Shown: positions 13,560 to 36,871 of the stretch, in pieces | Numbering within the stretch: position 1 is the stretch's first letter | Layout: each line of letters begins with the position of its first letter | DNA from: Gekko japonicus | Taxonomy: Eukaryota | DNA length: 64,000 nucleotides | Assembly: GCF_001447785.1 (NCBI RefSeq) | Contig: NW_015164707.1 | Coordinates: 227,926-291,925 of the forward strand | Reading direction: 5' to 3' | Made by a program: the position numbers and the translations under genes | The notes under the pieces: generated by a model | Seen by the model: the letters and a program-made list of their open reading frames with translations, nothing else | What the model was told of the DNA's origin: nothing | The model's database searches: none

Positions 13560-13760
13560 GAACAAAGTTTGTGTCCAGTGGCACCTTTTAAGACCAACAA
13601 AGTTTTATTCAAGGTATAAGCTTGCACATGCATATCTGATGAAGTGTGCATGAACACAAAAGCTTATATCCAGAATTAAACTTCGTTGGACTTAAAGGTG
13701 CCTGACTGGACTCCAAATGTGTTCTGTGGCTTCAGACCAACATGGCCACCTACCTGAATC
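13560..13760. mobile_element. Penelope-like inverted terminal repeat remnant
   Basis: Imperfect inverted repeat GCACCTTTTAAGACCAAC...GTTGGACTTAAAGGTGC. Confidence 0.55.
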
Positions 13761-14811
13761 TAGTCCAATCATTACTTATCTCTACATTCTCAGGCTTTAT
13801 GAGCTTCATATAAAATTTCCAAGTGTTTGGACACTGACTATTCTCTTAAGGGGGAGAACCCCAGCCACCCTTGAAATCTAGCATAAGCGCCACACCAGAC
13901 TTTTTACACTCCAACTTGTCACCTGAATTGCTGCACTTGGCTATAGTCAATGAAGGGCATTTGCATAAGCAGCTAGAGCTTACCAAATGTTCCATGCTAA
14001 AAGTGGTTCCACAGGATCACCCTGATTTAATCTCTCTCCCCTAAACTGATCATCTTAAAATTTGCACCCGTAGTTATGCCAAGGAAAATTATTCTATGAA
14101 GTCCTTTGGTAAGCAACTCATACATAAGCAGGGCAACACAGAGCACAACAGGACAAGTCTAGTGGACCTCCACTTGGTTTCTGAAGGCAAGAGCAGCTCT
14201 TCTATCTATCCAGCAAGCTTAATCCCTGGGAGATGAAATCCACCATTGTCTTTATCAATGTGCTGCCTTCTCCTGCCATACTCCATTCAGAGAGAGCCGC
14301 TTAGAGCAATCAGGTTATTATCCTATCCAGGAGTAAGATAGAAGCCATGCCCCATTAATAAGAATGCATCCGTGGAATTATTTACTTATCTGCAGAAGAT
14401 TATGAAGCCACTTACAAAACCCCCGATAAATGAGGAAGCAGCCCTCAGGATTCCTTCAAATCATTACCATCTCTTCCAACAGAGATTTAATTAAAGTCTG
14501 ACACAGAGGCATCCCAACTTAGTCAGGAACATTTTGTACCACATGACCCCCAAACCCTGAAACAATGGGCAAGGCTCTCTGACAAAAGACACCAGTCTAC
14601 ATCATGTCCCAAGCAGTCTGTGTGTTCCCTAGACAGAGACCAGTGGAGTCCTAGAAGTTCCACCCAGTAGTTGTCCTTTACATGTTGTTCCACAAGGTGA
14701 AGGGAAAGTATATGAATCAGCAGTTGCTCCACCATCATTACTTGTCCTTTTCTCAGCAAGCTTGCGGTACCTTCCTGGAGCACTCTCCCCATCCTACTTT
14801 CTGGCAGGACT

Positions 14812-14880
14812 TCACCGGAGACTGCTGCTGCTGCTGGCTTGAGAGCTGCCCACACCTGGGTGCTCAGGGCTATGCCGGTT
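14812..14880 (-). CDS. MED19: MED19 coding exon 5 (terminal)
   Basis: NRHSPEHPGVGSSQASSSSSLR-TGA; acceptor TTTCCCTCAG. Confidence 0.94.
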   Translation of the reverse strand, partial: NRHSPEHPGVGSSQASSSSSLR

Positions 14881-17610
14881 CTGAGGGAAATGAAAGACAC
14901 GTAAGAATAACAGGGAAACCTTATTGGTTTAGTTGTTTATTTCTTGTTGGGACTCAAGGTAGATAACCGAAAACAATACAGGAAGCTGATGGAAGCAGCA
15001 TGAGCCACAAAGGAGTTCCAGGCCAGAAAAAGAGGCCTCTGCTCTCATACCCTTCCTCTCTGAGCAGGGTCTCCAACTTCCCAACGCTGAAAGGAGGATA
15101 GTTGTAAAAGGCTTACCCCACAACTCACCTTTTTTTTCTTTTTCTCCTTCTTTTTTCTTTTTCGCTCAGGATCATCCTCTTTTTTCTTCTTCTTTTTCTT
15201 GTGATCAGAATCTGAAGGTGTTTCTGCCAAGAAAGATTCAGTAATTGAAGGCGGCATAATTCAGACAAGGGTGGGGAATACTGGCAGCTTAGGCTCCATC
15301 TGGTGCTGTGGCTCCATCCTACTTTCTGGCAGGACTTTACCGGAGACTGCTACTGCTGCTGGCTTGAGAGCTGCCCAAGCCTGGGTGCTCAGGGCTATGC
15401 CGGTTCTGAGGGAAATGAGAGAAGACCACCACAGCACCAGATGAGGAAGCCTCTTACCTGGAGGGACAGGATCCTGGGTACGGCTTTGCTTATGCTTGTG
15501 CTTGTTTTTTTTCTTAGGTGGTTGGATGTGCATTAAACGACACTGCTCTGGCAGCTGCAACAGCACAAAAAGAAACAGAGGCACATTAGGACAGGGAGTA
15601 TCACGTTGGTCTACTGCTGCAGAAGGTAATTATGAGGAAGGAGGCTGTCAAGACTTCCACAGGGAAAGCTCATAGTAGTTCACATTCTGTTGACAGCTCA
15701 GATTCCTGGGTCTTCTTTGAGTCAAAAGGGTCCAGCTATTCTGAAGCCACTAAGTGACATTATCTGCCAGGCTTGACCTTTCCAAACACAGCAAAGCTCA
15801 GGCTCTGCTATCCTCAGCACTTTCCAGTTATTCCCAGCCTATTGTAACACTATCTGCTACACTCTCAACAAATGGTAAACCTATCCTTCATGGAGTACTC
15901 CACTGGAAATCAAATAAAAATGATTCTGCTCTGTAACCAAGGAACAAAACCCACTGCCATCTGCCCAGTAATACTCTTTTCTATTACAAAGCAAAGGACT
16001 GCCATCACCTTCTGCTTGGGATCTCTATTGCCATTGTGTCAACCAAACTAGGTGAATCCTAAGGTGCTAGACTCAGTCTCTCATAGGAATTCATATGTTC
16101 CCCATGACCTTCAACTCGCACCACAACTTCACCCACGTGTGTGTATAATGTTCAGGCTTTCCAGCATGGGCAGGTTTTCTCTTCTATCAGGAGACTACAG
16201 TGTCATTTCCCATCCAAAGCAAAGATATCCTCTCCTTCACTGCAGTCCCCATACTGCTCCCATCTTTGACTTACCGGGCCTGCATGTAGACGAAAGCCTG
16301 TCAGCATTGTACCAGTGATGGGGTTGAATGAGCTCCCACAGATGGGAGGCTTCTCAATGAGAGAGCGTAGGCTGCTGTTGTCATGAGAACCTGGCAGATC
16401 TATCATCCCTGGCAGATCAGGCAGGAAGTTACTGAGCTTCTCCTTCACCTTTTTGCCACAAAACGTCTTGTAAGCATGCTCCAGGTTATAGTAGGTGATG
16501 AGGTTGGTGCTCCCTGTTAATTCAGTGGTGCCTGGTGCAAAACATAGATCATAACACATACTGTGATTAGTTTATCAGAAAACATTCAGAATAGGCCAGG
16601 TGTGGCTTGCAAAGCTCTGTTCTAAACCAAATTTCTTATGCCGCCCACTGCTTTATCTGGGTATGAAGCAATGCAACCCCCCCACCTTTATCTGGAACTA
16701 CCACATCATTCTGAACCCTCTTGGTTCCCACTCATTTAAGTGTGCAGTACTCTTCCAAGGAAAGGAACACATATGTTGCAAAAAAAAACACACAACCCCA
16801 AAAAACAACAACCCTAGGTGTGATAAATTTTATCAAAAAAAGAAGAAGATTGGATTTATACCCTGCCCCTCACTCAGAGTCTCAGAGTGGCTTACAAGCT
16901 CCTTTCCCTTCCCTTCCCCACCACAAACACCCTGGGAGGCAGGTGGGGCCAAGAGAGCTCTTTGGAGGACTGCCCTTGAGAGCTCTGAGAGAACTTGTGA
17001 CTGACCCAAGGTGCAGGTAGAGGAGTGGGGAATCAAACCCGGCTCCCCCAGATTAGAAGAAGAAGAAGAGACTGGATGTATTCCCCGCCCTTCACTACCC
17101 CCAAAGGAGTCTCAGAGCGGCTTCCAAGCGCCTTTCCCTCCCCCTCCCCACCAGAGAGACACCCCGTGAGTGAGGCGGGCGGGGCCGAGAGAGCCCTTGA
17201 CGGAGGCGGCCCTTTCCCCCCCAGAGCGACGCCTTGCCCAAGGCCACCCGGCCCGCTGCGAGTGGAGGGGGGGAGGGGATCGAGCCCCCCGGCTCCCCCC
17301 CCCGAGGGCCCGCGCGCTGGACCACCGCACCGACCCGGCCCTCCCCCTGCTGTCACAGCGAAGGGACACNNNNNNNNNNNNCCCCCCCCCACCGGCCACT
17401 ACCTGGCAACTCGCGCATGAGGTAAAAAGGGCCGACGGCCGCCGCCGCCTTGCGGGCCGCTTCTTCCCCGGCGGCCCCCGCCGCCCCCGCAGGCCCAGGG
17501 GCAGCTCCGCTCCCCGGCCCGCCGGCCTTCCCCGGCCCGAAGCCCAGCGCCGTGGCTGCGGCGGACTGAGGGGGCTCCGCCCCACCGAAGAGAGCGGAGA
17601 AATTCTCCAT
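14812..17610 (-). CDS. MED19: Mediator complex subunit 19, spliced CDS: 17403-17610, 16275-16531, 15458-15554, 15129-15223, 14812-14880 (241 aa; extra in-frame ATG at 17611-17613)
   Basis: Translation MENFSALFG...GPFYLMRELPG/TTELTGSTNLITYYNL...LPEQCRLMHIQPPKKKNKHKHKQ...ETPSDSDHKKKKKKKEDD...NRHSPEHPGVGSSQASSSSSLR* matches vertebrate MED19; all introns GT-AG with consistent phases. Confidence 0.97.
15129..15223 (-). CDS. MED19: MED19 coding exon 4 (Lys-rich)
   Basis: ETPSDSDHKKKKKKKEDDPERKRKKKEKKKKK; GGCAG / GTGAGT. Confidence 0.95.
15314..15418 (-). repeat. Duplicate of the MED19 terminal exon region 14789-14893, located in intron 3 (coding part 15337-15405)
   Basis: 105 bp, 4 mismatches, offset 525; retains acceptor, frame and a stop (TAA). 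Confidence 0.95.
15458..15554 (-). CDS. MED19: MED19 coding exon 3
   Basis: LPEQCRLMHIQPPKKKNKHKHKQSRTQDPVPP; TTGCAG / GTAAGA. Confidence 0.96.
16275..16531 (-). CDS. MED19: MED19 coding exon 2
   Basis: TTELTGSTNL...FRLHAGP; acceptor CACCAG, donor GTAAGT. Confidence 0.96.
16841..17056 (-). mobile_element. Squam3-type tRNA-derived SINE (5'-truncated)
   Basis: Matches other copies; (CTT)n tail. Confidence 0.8.
17057..17343 (-). mobile_element. Squam3-type SINE, strongly GC-shifted
   Basis: Collinear with other copies but with many A/T-to-G/C changes. Confidence 0.75.
17403..17610 (-). CDS. MED19: MED19 coding exon 1
   Basis: MENFSALF...FYLMRELP; donor G|GTAGT. Confidence 0.93.
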
Positions 17611-17613
17611 CAT

Positions 17614-18014
17614 CCCGGCGTGCTCCGCGCAGCACTCTCCCATTGGCTCCGCACCCTGACGCTCCCTTCCGCTTCCCTTGCCTTCATTGGACGGCGCTCG
17701 GGCCCGCCTCTCCATGTCATTGGCCGGCGAGCCTAGAAACCTACTCCTCCTCTGATTGGTCGACTGCCGAGACGCTCCATGGCGCATTTCCAGTGACGCC
17801 GCAGGGCTAAATCTCGCGCGTCCTTGTTTGTGTTCTGGGCAGCCAATGGAGGGGGACAAGACGGGCCCGTAAAGACGCGCCGTGCTCCGTTAGCCCCGCC
17901 TTTTCTTTGACGGGTGCCATCGCTGGCCAATGAGATCAAAGCGAGCGACGACGGCCCGCGCCGGAGCCAGGCCCCGGGGAAGCCACGCGGGGATCCGGGC
18001 GAGGCGAGGCGAAG
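17614..18014. promoter_or_regulatory. Bidirectional CpG-island promoter of MED19/TMX2
   Basis: Divergent ATGs about 400 bp apart; ATTGG at 17642, 17686, 17719, 17755; CCAAT at 17843, 17927; TCTCGCGCG at 17812; AAGATGGCG (YY1-like) over the TMX2 start. Confidence 0.85.
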
Positions 18015-31788
<13,774 letters not shown>

Positions 31789-32383
31789 AACCCACTGGAC
31801 TGGACTGTGTGTTCCTTGCCATTTAGTTTCCCATTTCTTCATTTCCATCTTAACCCCTGACATGAGTCACCAAGCAATGGCCTCTATCCAGCAGGGCAAG
31901 GAGCTGTATTTAAAAAGAATGATCCTCCTCACCAGTTCTTTTCGTTGCTTCTCTGCTGGTGGTTTTTTGTTTTCTTTTGTTTTTGTTTAGTTTTGTTCCT
32001 GATTCATTTCCCAGGACAATCTGGGGCTTGCTTTGAGGAGCAGATTAGAATAGCTAAGAGGCATTATTTCCCATTATGGATATCATACTACATTTTGGTT
32101 TTCAATGAGTTGAAAGGTTCTGCAAATGAGTAGAGGTTATTGAAAGAAGCAGCACCTTCAGTTGTGGGGGGGCGGCGGCAAAGGGGCCCCATCTCCTGTT
32201 CACTAGTGTTAAGCTCTTCCATTAAACAAACACTGCCAGTTTTGACCAATTCTCCTGTCAAAACTGACACTTCAATCCTGTTGATTTGATTTTCTTCAGG
32301 GTGATCTCTTTGGCGGAGGAGATATTAAAAAGAGAAATTCATCGTCTGGAAGTTTCTGCTATTCACTACCCATTACGCTCTGT

Positions 32384-32389
32384 AATAAA
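32384..32389 (+). terminator. Candidate TMX2 polyadenylation signal (another at 32733)
   Basis: AATAAA about 600 nt after the stop codon. Confidence 0.5.
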
Positions 32390-33163
32390 TCCTGTAAATC
32401 CAGAAATCCTGATGGTGTCTCTTTCCATCATTTGGGGTTTAAATCCTTGAGTGCCAGAAATGGAATGCTAGCTGATCTGAACATGCTGCTGTGCCAGAGA
32501 CTAAGCAGCTGCCTAGTCTTGAAGGATCTCCTGTACTCTGTATCAGTGGCTGCTCATGTAGAGTCACCCGTCTGTGCCTGGGGCTCCTACTGTCTCTAGT
32601 GTACAAAATACAGGATGGTGGCTTGTAGGGATGTGGTGAATATGGGGAGTTTAGTCATAAGCTCCTTTTTTTTTTAACCATGCTCACATTTTAGTCTTCT
32701 GATTCTATTAATGGTCTTCTACATATGTCTCTAATAAATTGGGAATGTTGTTTATTAGTGTGCTGCTGTTTTCTGAGTTACAATATAACTGGTACCTGTG
32801 CTGTATTACAGAGCTTGGATCCTTTGGAACTCTTCTGCTGCCAGAAAGGATTTCTGTTTTTCCTGGGGCCAAGGGATGCCCAGGAACTGCATGAGTGAAG
32901 TCTGAGGTCCATAGTAGGATGTGGGAATTGTGCTTCTGCAACTTTTTATGTTAACTTAAGAATGAAAGAAGTCCTGCTGGATCAAACCAGTGGTCCATCT
33001 AGCCTTGCATCCTGTCTCGTACACTGGCCAACCAGTTCCTCTGGGGGGCCAACAACAGAGCATATAGGCTGAGGCCTTCTCCTGATACTGCCTCCTGGTA
33101 CTGTTATTCAGAGGATTATGTTATCTGTGGAGGTTCCCTTTAATAGCTATTGATCGTTCTAAC

Positions 33164-33370
33164 CAGTGTTCCCTCTAAGATGAGTTAGTGTGAGCTAGCT
33201 GACAGTTTTTTTAGCCACCGGCTCACCCATTTTTGTCTCCACTCAGGAAGGAGGGCTCCAGAGCAGACTAAGTTATGCAGCAGCCCAATCGCTGGCTCAC
33301 AACTTTAAGGCCAGGAGCTCACAAAGTAGAATTTTTGCTCACAAGACTCCACAGTTTAGAGGGAGCATTG
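33164..33370 (+). mobile_element. hAT MITE with 8-bp TSD GTTCTAAC, inside an older CR1 3'UTR (32960-33440)
   Basis: TIRs and TSD visible. Confidence 0.9.
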
Positions 33371-33493
33371 GTTCTAACCCCCATGAATCTGGTTAATCCC
33401 CTTTTTAAACCATCTCTGTCTGCAGCCATCACTACATTCACTGCCCCAAGTAACACCCACCAAGGGAAAACTATTAACAGTTCACAACTATAT

Positions 33494-34640
33494 ATAAGAA
33501 CATAAGAGACGCCAATGTTGCATCAGGCCAAAGGCCCATCCAGTCCAACACTCTGTGTCACACAGTGGCCAGAAATACCAGTGCCATCAGGAGGTCCAGA
33601 AGTGGGGTCAGGACATTAGAAGCCCTCCCACTGTTGACCCCCCCCCCAAGCACTAAGAAGACAGAGCATCACTTGCCCCAGAGCCCCTAGCTATACCTTG
33701 TGGCTAATAGCCACTGATGGACCTCTGCTCCATATGCTTATCTAATTCCCTTTTGAAGCCGTCCATGCTTGTAGCACCCACCACTTCCTGTAGCAGTGAA
33801 TTCCATGTGTTAATCACTCTTTGGGTGAAGAAGTACTTCCTTTTATCCGTTCTAACCCGACCGCTCTGCAGTTTCATGGAGTGCCCACGAGTTCTTGTAT
33901 TGTGAGAAAGGGAGAAAAGTACCTCTTTCTTTACCTGCTCTTTCCCATGCATAATCTTATAAACCTCGATCATGTCACCCCTCAGTCGTCTTTTCTCCAA
34001 GCTAAAGAGCCCTAAGCGCTTTAACCTTTCCTCATAGGGAAAGTGTTCCAACCCTTTTATCATTCGAGTTGCCCTTTTCTGCACTTTTTCCAAAGCTATA
34101 ATATCCTTTTTAAGGTGTGGTGCCCAGAACTGCACACAGTATTCCAAATGAGGTCTCACCATTGATTTATATAGGGGCATTATTATATTGGCTGATCTGT
34201 TTTCAATACCCTTCCTAATAATCCCCAGCATAGCATTGGCCTTCTTTATTGCAGTCACACACTGTCTCGACATTTTCAGTGAGTTATCCACTACAACTCC
34301 AAGATCTCTCTCTTGCTCAGTCTCTGCCAGTTCAGACCCCATCAATGTGTATTTATATTTAGGATTTTTGGCTCCAATGTGCATCACCTTGCACTTGGCC
34401 ACATTGAACCCCATTTGCCATGTTGACGCCCACTCGCCCATCCTTGACAGATCCCCTTGGAGTGCCTCACAATCCTCACTGGTTTTCACCACCCTGAACA
34501 ACTTTGTATCATCCGCAAATTTAGCCACTTCACTGCTTACTCCCATCTCCAAATCATTAATGAACAAGTTAAAAAGCAGTGGACCAAGTACTGATCCCTG
34601 CGGTACCCCACTGCTTACCCCACTGCGGTACCCCACTGAT
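33494..34640 (-). mobile_element. CR1 LINE, 5'-truncated, same young subfamily as 11390-13135
   Basis: ORF 33704-34620 nearly identical to the 11514 ORF; same 3'UTR and tail. Confidence 0.95.
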
Positions 34641-34706
34641 CAAAATTGTTTATTAGTACAAGGATGGGTTAGTGGTCATAACCCAGATAGAATGCATAAA
34701 CACTTG

Positions 34707-36282
34707 GGAGGCGGGGTCTATGGCACAACAATGGCGGACGCCTTTCCCGATGCTCCGGGAAGGCGCACCGCACAACTGCAGAGGGGAGGGGTGCCGCTGG
34801 ATCGGCACCTCCACGGGGGGTCAGGGAGAACCCCCCCCCAGGCCATAGGGCTTTTGAAGGTGAGCCTCTTTTCCTGCTATCTGCAGGGAAATTGAGGCTG
34901 CCCTCCGCCCTGANNNNNNNNNNNNNNNNNNNNNNNNNNNNNNNNNNNNNNNNNNNNNNNNNNNNNNNNNNNNNNNNNNNNNNNNNNNNNNNNNNNNNNN
35001 NNNNNNNNNNNNNNNNNNNNNNNNNNNNNNNNNNNNNNNNNNNNNNNNNNNNNNNNNNNNNNNNNNNNNNNNNNNNNNNNNNNNNNNNNNNNNNNNNNNN
35101 NNNNNNNNNNNNNNNNNNNNNNNNNNNNNNNNNNNNNNNNNNNNNNNNNNNNNNNNNNNNNNNNNNNNNNNNNNNNNNNNNNNNNNNNNNNNNNNNNNNN
35201 NNNNNNNNNNNNNNNNNNNNNNNNNNNNNNNNNNNNNNNNNNNNNNNNNNNNNNNNNNNNNNNNNNNNNNNNNNNNNNNNNNNNNNNNNNNNNNNNNNNN
35301 NNNNNNNNNNNNNNNNNNNNNNNNNNNNNNNNNNNNNNNNNNNNNNNNNNNNNNNNNNNNNNNNNNNNNNNNNNNNNNNNNNNNNNNNNNNNNNNNNNNN
35401 NNNNNNNNNNNNNNNNNNNNNNNNNNNNNNNNNNNNNNNNNNNNNNNNNNNNNNNNNNNNNNNNNNNNNNNNNNNNNNNNNNNNNNNNNNNNNNNNNNNN
35501 NNNNNNNNNNNNNNNNNNNNNNNNNNNNNNNNNNNNNNNNNNNNNNNNNNNNNNNNNNNNNNNNNNNNNNNNNNNNNNNNNNNNNNNNNNNNNNNNNNNN
35601 NNNNNNNNNNNNNNNNNNNNNNNNNNNNNNNNNNNNNNNNNNNNNNNNNNNNNNNNNNNNNNNNNNNNNNNNNNNNNNNNNNNNNNNNNNNNNNNNNNNN
35701 NNNNNNNNNNNNNNNNNNNNNNNNNNNNNNNNNNNNNNNNNNNNNNNNNNNNNNNNNNNNNNNNNNNNNNNNNNNNNNNNNNNNNNNNNNNNNNNNNNNN
35801 NNNNNNNNNNNNNAGAAGCCTTTGAGATGCCACTGGGCCCCGAGGATAAGACCAAAGAGAAAGAGGCTGAAGATCGGTGGTTTTATTCTTTTGGAGGCGG
35901 AGGAAGACTGGGCTGCAGAATTTCGAGTGAACGTCTAAGAAGCCATCAAGATTTTAGAGAGAATTAGCATAGATGTAAAAGCAGAAGGACTCTGAAAATT
36001 GCCTTTATGAAGCGAGCTGGAGGAGATGCTCTGGGGATCTTCTCATAACAAGTAATAAATTAACAAATAAGCTTAGAAAGACAGGATCTCACAAAGTATA
36101 TTGTTAACAGCTTTTTTATTACTAACTGTAGTTTAACAGGGTAATGATCTCCTACTCTTGGGTTTTTAGTATAGTGTGGGTTACTTTCCTTTCTCTCTAG
36201 TGTAGTCCCCCCCCCCCTTTTTTTCTTTGTAGTTTGTGTAGTATTATAAATAAAACAATCCCCTCCGGGGTCTTAAAAAAAA
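34707..36282 (+). mobile_element. Probably non-autonomous L1-type element with 18-bp TSD (centre in gap)
   Basis: TSD AGAATGCATAAACACTTG at 34689-34706 and 36283-36300; GC-rich 5' end with AATGGCGG; AATAAA and A tail. Confidence 0.75.
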
Positions 36283-36529
36283 AGAATGCATAAACACTTG
36301 TTCAAAAACCAACAGTAGGCTCCTCTGTAATTTCATACATGAATAGTGTCCATAGACCTCCAAACAGAAAGTAATTGTGGCAGAAGACGCCACTGTGGAA
36401 AGAAAAACACCCGTACGTCTCTCCCAGGTATAAATCAAGAGATTTCAATGATCTTCAACAGCGGTGGTAAAACAGAACCCGATTTCTGAAATAACATAGG
36501 CACAGATCGGTGGAATCCTAGGGTTCTCT

Positions 36530-36870
36530 CTGCCTGCAGCCATCACGACATCCACTGGCAGCGACACCCACATTTTAATCACAGAGTAAATAAGTATTTC
36601 CTTTTGTCTCCTGAATCTACTGCCATCAACTTCACTGGATGCCCATGCTTGAGTTGAATTATTTTGGGAGAGGGAGAAAAGTTCTCTCTCTCCACTTCCC
36701 TTGCATTATTTTATAGACCTGTCCTCTGTCCCCTTCGCTGTCTTCTCCCAGGCCCAGACTCTTCAGCCTTTCCTCACAGGAAATATTCTCCAGCCTCTTA
36801 ATCGTCTTGGTTGCCCTTTTCTGTACTTTTTCTAGTTCTACAATGTCCCTTTTTAAGCTACAGTAACCAG
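36530..36870 (-). mobile_element. Old CR1 fragment split by the BovB insertion (continues at 40066-40140)
   Basis: LKRDIVELEKVQKRATK; continuation NIMMPLFKSMGRPLWEY. Confidence 0.75.
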
Positions 36871-36871
36871 C

